Notes under the pieces: generated by a model | Databases searched by the model: none | Told to the model about the DNA's origin: nothing | What the model saw: only the letters and a program-made list of their open reading frames with translations | Translations under genes and position numbers: made by a program | Shown here: positions 1-14,600 of the stretch, piece after piece | Numbering within the stretch: position 1 is the first letter of the stretch | How the letters are laid out: every line of letters begins with the position of its first letter | Assembly (NCBI GenBank): GCA_977016875.1 | Contig: CDRNST010000012.1 | Location: 2,046,001 to 2,110,000, forward strand | DNA length: 64,000 bases | Origin: Pavona decussata | Taxonomy: Eukaryota | Direction of reading: 5' to 3'

Positions 1-2579
1 GGCTCTGATACCTTGCCCGTCTCCACTAAAGTGAACATGTGGGCCAAGATGGTGGCATGCATTGTTAAACCTGCGAACAAGACAAAGTACCCCAAGGATT
101 ACTTATACAGGTCTTTGCAAATGAAAGAGAGGCATTCAGGTTTGAACGGGATTTGAATCCGCAACCTCTGTGACACCAGTACAATGCTCTTACCAACAAT
201 GCTATCAAGCTGACTGGGAGCGGGCCACAGTCGTTATGTGACTAATTTTGTTCGCTGATTTGTAATTACCTGCAGTGTGTGATGTATCAGTGACAACCGA
301 CAACACATGTTGTACAATCATCATGTAGTATGTCTGGTAGAAGCTTTGCACAGCTGTCTCTTGTTCCAAGCTCTTCAACAAAGAGTACAAAATATGAAGC
401 CCTGTCAAGAAATAGTACGATAATATAAGTACAATGCCGTAACAACCTGAAGTGAAATGAGCCCAAATAGCGCTAAAATAATTGAACAAGCAATATTTAC
501 CAATATCAGCAACATTTCTCATTGTGTGTTTGAATGCCCAGACAATGGAATCCAGCACCAACTTGAATTGCTCCGCAGGTATTAATAGCAATGCTGAGGA
601 GAAATTTGAAATGACAATAAAGCATAGATCTGTATAGTGACAGGTTTTAAGTCTGAGAGGAGTTGGGGAGGATAGAGTGCCCTTGGACAAGAACTTATTA
701 CTTGGGTAGGACAACTACATGAAACTGGACAACATTTCAATAGCTATGGTATCTGCAAGTAGTTGTGAGTACAATAGCTGTATTTGCACCTTTAAAAACA
801 AACATACATTGTTTAGACATGAAAAGGACTGTGCAAGGAATTTGTAACATGCTTCACGTAGAAGACACAATTACCTTGAAAACAGTGTTGTACCACGGCC
901 TGAAGAAGGAGGAAAAAGTTTGTTCTGTGTTCAGGGAACTCCTCAAAGTTCTAAAACAACAACACAAACAAAAAACAAAGATAAAGATTATGACATAATA
1001 AGCACCTGTACAAGGAAGCAACAGCATCACTGCTCACCAACAAATGTTGACAGACTCTTTACTAACCTTATTGATCATTTCTAACGTGCACTTAAACACT
1101 GCATCAAATATCTTTGGAATGTGCTCTGTCACATTTCTCTGAAAGAAAGAAAAACAAATCAAATGAATACGGTAAGTCATCTGCATACTTTAATGAGGGA
1201 ACTGAAGCATTGTTGTGGATCAGATGCTAGTTCATCGCAGGGTTACCTCCAACATTGTCTTAGCAGTGCCCATTTATACACCTAATTGATATGAGACTGT
1301 GGAGCAAAGTTTCTTTTTCAAGGAAACAATGTTATTGCACAGGGTACCAATAATTGTCAGATCAGACACTCAATACGCTAGCCAACTACACCATGGCGCC
1401 TTCACAAACGGTGCTAACAAAGATCAGTATGGATTAGAAGTCAATGACTAGAAGAAGGAACATGCCAAATCTCTTGTTATTTTGATCTCTTATTTGCTGA
1501 TTATTTCTATTTTCTGTCTTCCTATTCGTTCTTATTTTCCTTGGTCAAGTCAATAAAATAAATATTAAAAGAATGTTAAATTAAGTGGAAAGCAGCAGCT
1601 TGTCCATACAGTACCCTTCATTTTGCCCCAATTCTTCTGCGGGACTTACAAGATGTTCTTGCATGTGTTCCCGGACAAGATAACAAATGGATGTTAACAC
1701 AAACCTCTAACTTGTTAACAAATGTTGCCATGGTACTGAGCACTTCAGGTTCTCTGGCATTGGGTACGTTCCTTTGATAATCTCCAAGTACAGCATCCAA
1801 CAATGGAGGAATGAAGTTGTCACAGACAAGCTTGGCATCATTTGATTTGCTCACCCAGGTTGATATTAGTCTTAAGGTTTCTGTTTTTACCGTCCTCATT
1901 GCTCGGATCAGAGGCTGTTTTGTGACTATCTCACCATTCTCAGCTATAGCCACAGAAATGTTTTCACTAAGACAGCGATATACGTTGAGCATGTCCAAGT
2001 ATATTCTGCCAAGCTGTGTAACAAATGGGTGTCCAACAGACTTGCATCCTCTGACATTTGTTTTCAGAATGTTTCCTAGCTGTTTGACAACTTCAATCTC
2101 TCTCAAGTGGTCAATATTCTGAAGAGAAAACACAAATAATAATAATAATTATTATTACAATCCAGTTGTACACAAAATACTAACTTGATTCAGAATTGCT
2201 TACCCTTGTTGCCTCTTTAACAATGTTGTCCCAAGCTTGGTTTGGAAGTGACATATACTTCTCGATCAATCTCTCCATGACAACTGAATCCTGCAACAAC
2301 AATACGACAAATACTCACAACAAAATTCAAACCCAGCCTTAATAGAGCATTTCCGCTTAATAATTCTGCAATAAAAAACAGTTCATGTCTTTGCACAGTA
2401 TGTGTGACAAATATGACAAAATAAAGACCTATATGTAAAGCTGAACTGCAGACAAGGGCTAATATATAAATCCCTCTGTTGAATCAGGAATGCAAAGCAA
2501 GTCAATTTGTTATTTCTTTTACCTAATAGAGCAGACAAAATGTTAAGTGATGCCATAATAATAATTAACAATTATTATT

Positions 2580-2625
<46 letters not shown>

Positions 2626-5600
2626 TAATAACTACTTATATAGAGCTTATCCAGTTCTGTTCTAAGCGCTTTACAAAGTTTTAAAAAATCATATCTGTTT
2701 AAAATAATTCGAGTCTTAAGTTTACGTTTAAAAAGATTTAAATTGTCACAAGAACAGTCATGCCATACCAATGTTTATAGTCTCAGCTACACAACCAACC
2801 AATACAAAATCTGACCAAATGCAAGTTGTTAAATACAAAAAAACAAAATATGCTTACAGTTTGAGCACTGATCATATAACCAACTGCCTCATAAAATGTG
2901 TGCACCTAAAGGAAAAAAAGAGAGAATATCAACAAACAAGAACACAAAGCAATCTTCAGTCATTCATTACTGTTTCTGATGTAAGTTTATTGTTTGTTCA
3001 ACCAGTGCTGTAACAATCTCTCAACATCCACTCTTGTATTTTAAGGTGTAGCCGCTACTTTTAGGATATGAAACTGAACTTTCAAAACTTTATGGTCTAT
3101 AATACTATTAGGGCAAAGAAAGTTACCTGCTGAGGTTGAAGATCACAGATAATAGACTGTGTGTTATTCAATATCTCTTCTATGAAAGGCATAACCTCTC
3201 CAACTTGCACCTGGAAAAAAGGACATAATAGGTGGATTTAAATTTGCATAATGAGCATGCCTAGTTTCTTACTTACATAGGTGTTAATTTGTAAGTTATT
3301 AAACAGAAGACATAATATTCTTACCTGGACAAAATGTCTTCTACATTTCTGAGCAATTTTAATGAAAGTATCACAAGCCATGTCTTGCACACCATCATGT
3401 GTTTCTGGTAAAAACACAAATACAACATATTACCTACCAGGACTTTTGATATTAAAATGACCCTTAGCACAGTTCAATATATCAGACTGTAAAAAGCAAT
3501 AAAGAAATGCTGTTGATGGACTAAGACTAAAACTATATTGGGTAAAAAGAACAGAAAGCCTACCGTGCATGAACTCAAAAAGTTTGTTTACAACAGTCTT
3601 CAGAAACTTCCAGTGAGCCCTAAAAATAGACAGAAACAAGGTCACTCCAAAAAAAAAAAAAAAAAAAGCAAATGGTTCAGTTAAAAAAAAAATATTGCAT
3701 TGATCAAATGGTCAAGTGTCTCCTGGTGTTAAAGTGCCTATCACCCCTACCCAATTCCTTTCATTCTCAAAAGTAGACGTAGAAAGTTAGCCAAAACAAG
3801 CAAAATAACGAGATTTGAAGTTATTCTCGATTTTTAAAACGCAATCGAAATCACAATTTCCGAAGTTAAAACCGCGCCATTAGAGGACTGGCACTAGTGA
3901 GTTGTGACGTCGACCCGGTATCTCGATAACCAGCACACAACAAAACAGTAGTGAGTCGGAGTGAATTATACGCGAGCTGTTTGGGGTTTCTGGTCGATTT
4001 TTTTAGCCCAAAAGCCGAACACTGACACCGAATCCGAGCAAAGCAACAACTCAGATGACTCAGAATTTAACTACAACCCTGGCTACGTGATTGACGCGAC
4101 GATCAAGCACGTAAAATAGGAATGAAAGGCCTACACAACTCCTACTCGTATGTTTAGCGCTTCTATCTCTGTCAGTCTTTGGTCAATTTAGCCTCTTGTA
4201 TGTTTACAGCTGGTTGGCATGACGAGTTGAAGGATTCGTATGATAATCATAGAACAAAACCATTTGCTTAACTGTAGCAAGTTTTGTATTTTGATCTCAA
4301 AGGACACTTTGGGTTTAGAGTTCTGCGTTTAGTGCCTGTTTATTTCACCTCTTGTTGTTTCTGTTTAGCCGCTGTCGTTCTCATGCCATTTCATTTTACT
4401 AGTATTTATATCTAGTTTGGCTCTTTTCAGTTCGCGGTCCGGTGACAGTACAGCTTCTAGTTAGGATTGAACCGTGCGATAATCTTTAACCTCCGAAAGC
4501 GACCGCTATTGTTGTTATCTTTGTTAGGATTCAACTGTGTAATTACATCAGTTTATCTTACAGTTTTTGTATTGCGGGGCCCGGCCATTTGTTTTTGTGG
4601 CAAGATGTTGTGTCTCTGATCGTTGCTATTTGTTTTTTGATCCTTTCTCTAGCACTGTAGATTTCTTCGAGAGCTGTGCAATGCGTGAAATTTAGGGGTT
4701 AAGTCTGTTTAGTTACGGCTTCGTTTTTACAATGACCCATTGCATCGCCTCGCTTCGCTCCGCTCTGAGGTTTGTGTTGGGGGAGCTTGCTATTTTCTAA
4801 ATATTTGAAATCTTTCGGTTTTAAAGAATATTTTACTGGGGCCCGAGGGAAGTGCAAATAAGCAAGACTTGCCTCTTGTCAACGAAACCACCACATCAAA
4901 TTTTACTTCGCGGCAACATGCGGACCGCTGAGGAGATATTTTTCGTGGCGTAAATATCAGCTTGTTCAGTTGATATTTTTACCATTTTCAAATTGTTTTT
5001 TAGCTGAAATTGGTCCGGTAGTAAGAGAAGTAAAACCGCACAACGTTTGAAAAGCCGTTGCGTGTGTTATTTTTCAAAATATCTCGATTTCCAGGTAAGA
5101 AAAGCCGACCTTTTGAGCAGTATGTCAATTAATCGATCGAGATGTTCGATTGACTCTTTACCTCGTTCTTCACAGACAAATTCAAGACTGAAGCTTTTTT
5201 AAAAAGAATGATCTGCTCTTCTTGGAAAGGCTACTCCCAAATTTATACACGTGGAATTGAGAAAGAAAAAGAACTAGCTTTATCATGTCACTGTGGCCCT
5301 TCATCCGCTAGCTCGTCAACAGACAGCAGTCTCAGAAGTTAGAGACTCCATTCGCCTCTTCGCATTCTTGTGAGTCTAAACCCATTGTAAATTAAAATAA
5401 GTTTACTATTTCAGTAGGTTTGTTTAATGGCTGCACCTATAAGCTTAAATAAAAAAAATGGAAACATTTCTTACCGCTCGTTCGCGGCGATGTTTGGCAA
5501 TGGTTTAAATCAGTACACCTGGACTCGTGGTCACCGCTTTAGTATGGGCAGTTGGCGTCACATTAATACCGATATCATCTCGTTTCAGTCTTGAGAGGAT

Positions 5601-8600
5601 TGGCTTGTTACTCACTTCATCAATAAATCAGAATCGACGCATGAAGTCGTCGTTCGTGAAGTGCTTGGAGCATATTGACGATTTTCCGGGTTAGCCCGCT
5701 TTTGTTTCATGAAATCGATCTATTTCTTTCTGCATTTCCTTGCTCCATCATTATCGAACAGCATAGCGTGCAGAACTATACCCTTCTACATAACTGAGAA
5801 GGCAGGATATTCACCTACCACATAACCTCCCGGCACATTCCAAATTCAGTATAGGGAATGTAGCAGAGTGACAAATGAGCAAATGCTCTGTGGCTGAGAT
5901 ACCGGGTCGACGTCACAAGCTTGTTAGAACCCAGTCTCTCAACTGCTCCTTTTTGTATTCAATATGGCGGAAAACGGCCTATTTTGGGCGATTTTGTCGT
6001 CTGATAAAAACAAAACGAAACATGGAATACGGTTTATTTCTTCGCAAAGCGTCTTAGATATGCATAAATTTTCGAAATTCATTAAAACTGTGTAAGGGTG
6101 ATAGGCACTTTAAATAGAGCATGTACTGTAGTGTAGTGTAGTGTACTGCACCAGGAAACAGGGCGTAAGAGGAATGGGTATGGGGATCAGAGCTTGCAGG
6201 GAAGGAACTCACCAAAGACAGTGAGGGAACAACAAACTTCACACAAAGTAATAAATAAATAACTGCTATACCTAAGGAATCTAGGATACTGTCCCACTAT
6301 GTACATAATGTTTGAGGCAATGATTGCCTTGTTGTCCTTTCCACGTTTGATTTCACACAGACCAAGAAGATCCTGCAGAACAAAAATGATTGAAAATAAG
6401 TCAATACCACACTAAATAGGGACAACTTGTATGGGTTTCATAAGTTTAGGTGGAGATTTATAAATTTAATTGGAAGGGCAGTTCTAATTTGTGGACAAAT
6501 TTCAAATAGCCTTGTAGACAGTGATAATGCACTATTAAAACTGAACTACAGATGTATTTCTTTACTTGGAAGAACAATAATGTCCTGCCAAGTCACCATT
6601 TTGATTAAACAAAACAGTTTGCTAAGGTAAAGTTTTGCATGTATTCATCTACAAAATGACAGTCACTGCTAAAAGAAACATTTGTCCAGACATTGCATCC
6701 GTCAGACAACTCTTGTTATTTGGTCCAACATATACAAATTTGGTCAGCCACCATCTTTTGATGGACTTTCTGCAGTTGCAGCTCTTCTAAAAACATCCAT
6801 CACTGCTGTAGTTGTTCCACTTATTCCTTAAAGATTAATTGATGTTGACATTCAAGCTACCTTGATGACAGTGACCAGAAATCTCTTCTCGTCCTCTTCA
6901 TGCATTGCTCCACTGATTGAGCCAACTGCCCAACACAGCTGTAAAGAGATAAGGGGGAATCAATCAAATTCTCTTCTTTGTCATCACGGGGTACAGGCGC
7001 ACAGCATGAGGTCAAGGGTCAAAAGAGTTAGATCTACATGTAGCTGTCTTTAGATCTGCAGATATTTATCATTTAATTTGTCCAATAAATGCAAAGCTGT
7101 CATAAGCAGCTGGTATCTGGCTTCTAAGTGTATTGGCTAGCAACTACAGTGAAGACAGCCAGATACTCAGAGTAAAGATGACAGAAAGCCGACAGCAACA
7201 GGAAACTTTCTTTAGTTTCTGGCCGGTTTACTGTCCTAGTGTAGCTGAACTCATCAAAGCTTAGTGACAGCACTGTCAAATGGCCGACATTGCCTGCTTT
7301 ATTTTAAGGGGGATAGCCGTGACAGGCTGATGGTTGACATGGGGCCAACTTTTCCACTCGTAAAATTATCCAGGTAACAAAACCCTCTCTGTCTGATCTA
7401 GTCCTATATGCCACATGGAAAATGAGAATGAAATAATGCAGACCTACACTAGAATTGAGTCCCAATTAACCCTTAAACCTCGGAAAACAGAAAACAAAAA
7501 AAATACCGTGTTAAGGTTCTTCCATGACCACTCGGTACCATTAACTTGATTCTGAAGTTTTTCTGTCATGATCCTCTCCGTGTCCTGATAATCCAAATGT
7601 GTTAAATACACTGCAATTCAAACAAAAATTCAACCAATCAGGCAAATATCAAAGGCAAGAAGTTAATGAAGAATTTAAAGGGGTCATTAGGTGTAGATTC
7701 TCCAAATCTTAACCTATTGCCTCCTACACCAGCCAAAACCCGCTGCGATGCAAACATGTTCTGCAAGGAAAACACAAAATCTCCTCCCTTCCCTACTAGA
7801 GCTTTTTTTTGTCCTTTAGAACTGTCAATTGTTTAGGAGACAAAATACCCAATCAAAATCTGTAGTCTGTGCATATACTATGAGTTTTAGGGGGGTAGGA
7901 ATAGGTACCTGTATCTGAAAAACTGATGGTAACCAACCCTCAGACGGTTCACTCACCTAAAGTTTCTCTCATATTCTTGTACAGGTTGATAGCATCTGTG
8001 TCCTTCATAAACTCTCTGACAACTTCACCTTGGTCATTTTCAACCACAAGCACCTAAACAAATGAAGCAGGATTGAACCATTTTACTTTTAATTACAAAT
8101 GCAAACTGATGAAAACCATTACCTACTAGAATTTGCCTTTTCCAACACTTCTAATCACAAAAAATTAAAATGACTTGATACAAAATCCATCATAATATTC
8201 AATTTTTTATTACCTCTTCTGGTTTAGCCATTCTTGCAATCATAGTGAGTCGTACCTAAGTTGAGAAAAAAGGCAGTATCTATTATTCTTAGTTCTGTTT
8301 CATACAGTGATGACAGCCGATATTTACACCTACGCAAAATAAAACTCACAAAAATCACAAAACTGTCACATTATTCCAGATGTTCACCTTACTGATTGTC
8401 ACTATTGTAAAAGTTACCAGCTAAGAGTCAAATACATGAAGCTCTCATGAATAAAGATTAATTCCTAAATAGAACATTGTATTCAAACAGTACATGGGTC
8501 CAATTCATCCTTACAGGTAGATGGTTTTACGAGTCTGGCCTGAGCAAACCATCAACAAGACTGTCATATCAACCCTTTACACTAGATTTTGGAAATGACT

Positions 8601-11600
8601 TAAAACAATATCAGCAATGAAAACTGCATGCCAAAAATAGCAAAACGATCACAGCTGAATGTTGTGAAATCTTTTTTAAAACCACTGTGAAACCCACTGT
8701 TGAACTCAGAGACCTAAACTTGGCCATTTTTCTAATCTGGCATGCTTTTCCCTTTTATTTCTTGTTAAGTTGTAGCTCATGAGCCAATTTTTTTTTCTGC
8801 AAACTTCAGGTGGCTTGACCTCAGCTGCAAAGACCCCTCTATTTGGAATTCACCTCATCTTTCAACCTTTCCCAGAAAGCAAGCTACTTACACTGCCACA
8901 ACTGACTGCCAGACGTTAAACTTACTTTGGATAAGACTGAAAGGTACATTTGCCTTCTGGGTGGGATCTGCTGCGACTGAGAGTTGCCAATCAAAAGAGG
9001 GGTGCTGGAAGGGAATGGATTCTCACGATACAGATCTGATGCCAGGGCATTCCAGTATTCTAAACAAATCTTGAAGATTTCCGTCTCCTCCACCTCTGAG
9101 ATAAGGACAAGGTAATGAAGAGCCTATACAAAGACAAATTTGAAAACAGGTTGCAGGATGATAAAAACAAGAACAATGGCCAATAAATGTTATTTTTAAG
9201 CTCAGCCATGAAATAAAAGATTGGATAAAGAAAAAATTCTCAACAAGCAAAAGGAGTCACACCCATGACATTCGGAAACACCAGTTAGAAGCAGGGAGTA
9301 TCATTGTGAGCTGCAATGGGTGACAAAATGCTGTTTCGCTTTCGCCTTGATTGCATCTTCCTCCCTTTCCATCATCAAATGTTGTCTAGAGAGTTAGATG
9401 TACTGCAAAAGACTTTATGTTCCTTGTGCTATCCAACATTGCATGGGGGAAAGGAGGCGGGTGGTCGAACGAACTATGGCACTGGCTGTGTGTAATCTCC
9501 TAGATGTATACATGACATGTATCATACAGGTTTTCTTGCTTGTTCAAACAAGCATGCATAGCCCTATAACCATTTTACTTCAGTTGAAGAAGGTTCAGTC
9601 TAAAACCAGAATTAACACTACCATCTTCTTTCTTCAGTTTTCATCCAAACAAACCTTATGTACCATTCAACACTGGAAAAAATGCAGCTAATTATAGCCT
9701 GGATATTTTTTCTGGTCAGCCCTCAAGAGCAGTAAATGGCTTCCTTGTTCCCAGTTTCATACTCTAAAATAAGGAATGTCTAATAGTTTCTAGTTTATGT
9801 ACATGTACATTTATCAGTTGATGCCTTGCATTTTGCTTCATTACTAACCTCCAACAAAGTAGTATGAAGTTCCTCCTAAAAGAAAGAAGAGATTTTAAGA
9901 TTACAAAAATGAAAAAGAACACCAAAAATTTCTTTGTTAAGCTTGAAAATTCAAGAGAATAGTTTTCATACCTTCTTTTCAACTAATTGGCCATGTTCCT
10001 TTAAGAAAGTACAAAGAAACAGACTCAGATTTTGAATGAACTTCTGTTCATCATCCTTTCCATTTGCATAAGCATCTTTGATGTTGATTGTCAAAGGAAG
10101 CATCTATAACAGAAAAACAGCAAGTTTATTTTGATGGCAATTCAGGATTCTCATTGAACACTAGCAGCCAGCAAAAACCCGGTGGCTTCAATTTCTAAGT
10201 TGCCTACTTTTTGGAAAAAGAAGACTTCTCTACAGTGTGACACTCATGTACAGCTGCTTCAAGGGCTTAAAAAAATTATCTGGTGATTGAAATCAGATTG
10301 AGTCCTTTACACACAAGGTAGCACTGGATAACCATGAAATACTCAGTGTCATTGGTGATGTTTAACATATGCATCCAAATTTATGATTTTGGTGACCAGA
10401 TAAAGGACTGATCAATTTGCTAGCCTGGGGTGGAATTTTAATGCTAAAATATAAACAGCAAAACTTAAATAAAGGGCTGACAGCATCACTATCTTGTGTC
10501 GAATTGTAGACTGATTTTTCATTTTGCACAAAAGTGCCTCAATTTTATCAAGTGGCCTTCAATTTAGTTAAGAGAATGTTGCTGTGTTTTTTCGGTGGTT
10601 TATATCCGGTTTTTGAGAAAACAAGGCCAAACTATCAAGTCATCGAAAGAAGATAACGGAAAAACGGATGCTTTGGAGTGAAAAAAAAAAAACAACAACA
10701 ACAACAACAAACAAACAAACAATGCGATGTTCTTTAAGAACACTGCGTTATGTTCTTTTGCTCCAAAGCATCTGTTTTTCCATTAATTAAATTGAAGGCA
10801 ATGCACAAAAATCAACCTAAAATTTGACATAAAGATGATAATGTTCTCAGCTCTTCAAACAGCAAAACAAAATTCACACAGCAATAGACTGTTATACTTA
10901 AAACTGCTAAATGACCTTTTACTCTTGAACAAAAATCCATCTTTGGATTGAAGTTGTAAACTTACTTGTTTTAACTGAGCCATGGTCAACGTAAACAGCA
11001 CCACAAACTGCTCATCATATTGATTTGCACCAATTCCAGCTGTTATTTTGAAAAAAAGTTCATGTTAACTACAGAACGTAGCACAAACATGTCTTTACTT
11101 ACTTGTAATCAACAGGTTTAACTTTCCATTTTACACAAAAACTATTATTTGGTTCAGTCAGTTGAACATGGTGGTACTTTCAGAAAACAGAGACTGAGAA
11201 AGAGGGGTTTGGGTTGAATTGCACCACAAATCATTACAAGATGGTTTCTTTGGTAAATACCTGGACATGGACCTAATTAAGACACTTACCAATTTCAGTG
11301 AGGCACTTTAGTGTCACATTTCTGAACATTGGTACATTAAGGAACTGCAGAGAAAAATATGTAAAGAATTTGTAATCCCTTGACTGAAAATATATACTAC
11401 TATAAGTTCAGAAAAGTAACTTCCCTTTATTGTAAATAAAGCTATGTGATTACCTTGTATACAAGTGTGCTTATAAGCTGGGTCTCAAAAATGTATCCAA
11501 GAGGTATCCAGTTGAGGAAACGCAACAGTGTCTGAAAAATAAACATGGAGTTTAAATACTGTTGACATCTTTTACATCTAGTTTCAGAGTTCTACTTCTG

Positions 11601-14600
11601 AAGTCTTATAAAAGCATTACAGTCTACAAGCACTATTAGCTATTTGAGACATACTCTTATACACTACACAATGCAAAAAAGAGTTCAGTAACATAACTGT
11701 GTGCTTACCTCTAAAGTTGCCCCGATGAGGGTAACATTTTGAGAGTTGTCCTGAAAATAAAAACAAAACTTTACTGTTTCTAATCTCCTGTGGCAGTAAC
11801 AGAAATTACCTCATGCACAGATTTTTATTTGCCTTGTCACATGTCAGTTCCTCCTGTGAACATCAATGCATGATTGTTTGTTTGTTTTACTATTATTTTA
11901 CAATAAAGGTTCTGTTACATGATAAACATTTTTTGTAAAGCTTGCCTTGCAGAAAAGACATTTTTGCAAGTTGCACACCATAAATATACTTTATCCCCCA
12001 TGCAACTCAGGTTTTGATTTTCAAGTTGCACAAAAAGTGATTACTGTTTCTACTTCCCGCAAATTTTTTTTGAAGTTGCACAACAAAAACTTGTGACGTT
12101 GATCTTTCAAATTGTTATGTGACGCGTTTAAGCAGCTGATTTTTCACTTTGCCACTCAAAACATTTTTTACAAGAGAATCTACATGGCAATTGTAACTGA
12201 TAACATGAATGCTTGTAACTTGCAACAACTTTTCACGTAAGACAAGCTGAATGACAGACTCTTAGAAAAAACAGGGCACTTATGGAAAAAAAAAAAAAAT
12301 GGAAAACCCCAGACTGTTATCACCCAAAAAACAGTTATTTGCCAATGACAGGCCAAAACTCACATAAACTAAAATAAATAAACAACTAAAATAAACTTAT
12401 TATTAAAGCAATAGTTGACAAGATCTTTAAAAACCTGCCAAAAAAATAAATTATTAAATAAAAAAAATAAACAGCCCTGTCAAAATGTACTGGTCAACAG
12501 CCAAAAGCAATTTTGCCGCCTACAGATGATGATCTGTTGCAAATTTCACACTAATTTTCTCCTAGACTGCTCTGGAATTAGCCTTTGCTGCCTGCTATGC
12601 GCATTATGTTGCCTACTACTGCAAAACATTTTGAGAGGGCTTTGAGCATACAATTAAGATGGGAAAGCCACAACAAGCATAAACAACTTACCATAACAAA
12701 TTGGCAAAGGGTAAAAATCTGCGAAAACTCACTGCACATACTAAAAATGAAACAAATTTATTACATCAAAAAATTGCTCACTTTAATATTTTTACTTCAC
12801 TGGTAAAATAAAAGGAACTGAACTTTTACAGCCTTGTTTAAGATAACCTTTCCTTATTACGACACACCGGCAAGTACACGCTGAACAAAGTATTTCAATG
12901 TAACTTTAGTTCATTCTAACCTATCTTTCAAGTGTTTTGCCTTTGCTTGAGTCATTTGTCCACTGGAGAAATCAAAAACCTCTTCACTGAAAAGAAACAA
13001 AGAAATAAAACACAATAAAACATTTGTATTCAAACAACTCTCCACAGAGGCAAAAACTGAGAACTTGGAAGAAAATCCTCAACAAAAACTTCCAGCTAAG
13101 ATGACCCTGAATCAGAGATTTGAGCCAAGCCACATTGGTACAAGATGATCCCTTCCACCATAGCACCAAACTATACCTCAATATCTAAAACAGGCCACTG
13201 TAGGAACTTTTTCTAGGGAATTGTCTGACTGCAAACTTATGGAAATTTTTTACCTATTATAATATGCAAATTGAGGCCTTTCGTTTTTTAACTTTTGAGT
13301 GAACATTTAACTCATGATAAGTTCTTAATTAAAGTGCTGAGAGCGTAACCAACCTAAATGACTTTTCAGATATTCTTTTGTTGTTTTAGTTTAGATTCAC
13401 TAGAGTTTTTACATGTGGCCTTGAATTCCTTCAGGAAACATTGCTCCAATGTTTTATCCGCTGCTTTGCACTTTGTTTGCAAAAAAAACCTTATGATTAT
13501 GGGTTTTAAGCACAAAGATATGGATAAAACATTTTCTGAAGGAATGCCATGTGCAGAGACTGCAAAGAATCCAAGCTAACAGAACAAAAATGATCTGAAA
13601 AGTCAGTTAGGTCAGTTATGCTCTCAGCCCTTCAATTGAGACTTGTTAAGTTGCCATTAATGCAACAGGTGCACACAGCTAAGTAAACCAACAAGAGCCC
13701 AATACAAATACACTTACACATAAATCACACCAAAATGGTAAAAATAGTGCCACATGATCAGTTTTGGTTATACTTCCAAATGGTTACAAAAGTGGAGCAA
13801 GTAAAGTTTTAACCAATCACAAAACAGACAAGACCTGAATCACTTCTGACACTTTACAGAAAAGTCACTCTAGTGACAGTTGGAAATATTATTAACAATT
13901 ACCTGAGCAGTTTGAGTATCACCATGTTATTTTGACACAGAGACTCATTTGCTTTGCTGGCACCCACTATATCACCGACAAAAGTCGGCCACTTCTTGGG
14001 CCACTCATGTTTTAAAATCTGAAGGAAAAAAGGGAAATAAACAAGATCCATCACCAAAGAAATCTAATCCAACAAATAAACATGAATGGAGAGTAACATT
14101 TTAAATATTTAAGATAAGGTTTGAACATAAATGGACACTTGCCAAATTACTATAATACACAGCATTGTCTGACCATGTATGGCAAAAAAAGAAAAAATTA
14201 AACTTAGTATATGAATAAACACTATTGATCTTGCTCTGATTCAAATCATCATCGGCAGTTATGAAATTTCTAAGTGGCAGTTGACAGAAAATAAGTGGAG
14301 TAATTGGCCATCTGCCCAGTTGTAAACAAACTATGGACGCAACACACCTGCTAACCATCCCACATCTCTGGAGAGTATTAGTTGACTAAACAGCTTCATA
14401 ATATACAAATTTTACATCAATTCACAAACAAAGAAACCATTTTCATGTTATTTTTAATCGCGTTTCTCCAGTGGCTTCGAAGCCGCCTCGCATTCCAAAT
14501 ACGAATTTTTTGGCGGGAATCTCCCTTCCATAACGAAAGTGACACTTTAAATCGTACCTCGACTAAAATCATGTTCAGCTTTCCAATGTATGTCTTCTCT

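Noticed and set aside
1811-2122. Antisense or overlapping ORFs over exons (also 20745-21029, 22773-22991, 44634-44840)
   Set aside because: Shadow ORFs of real coding exons, with no independent features.
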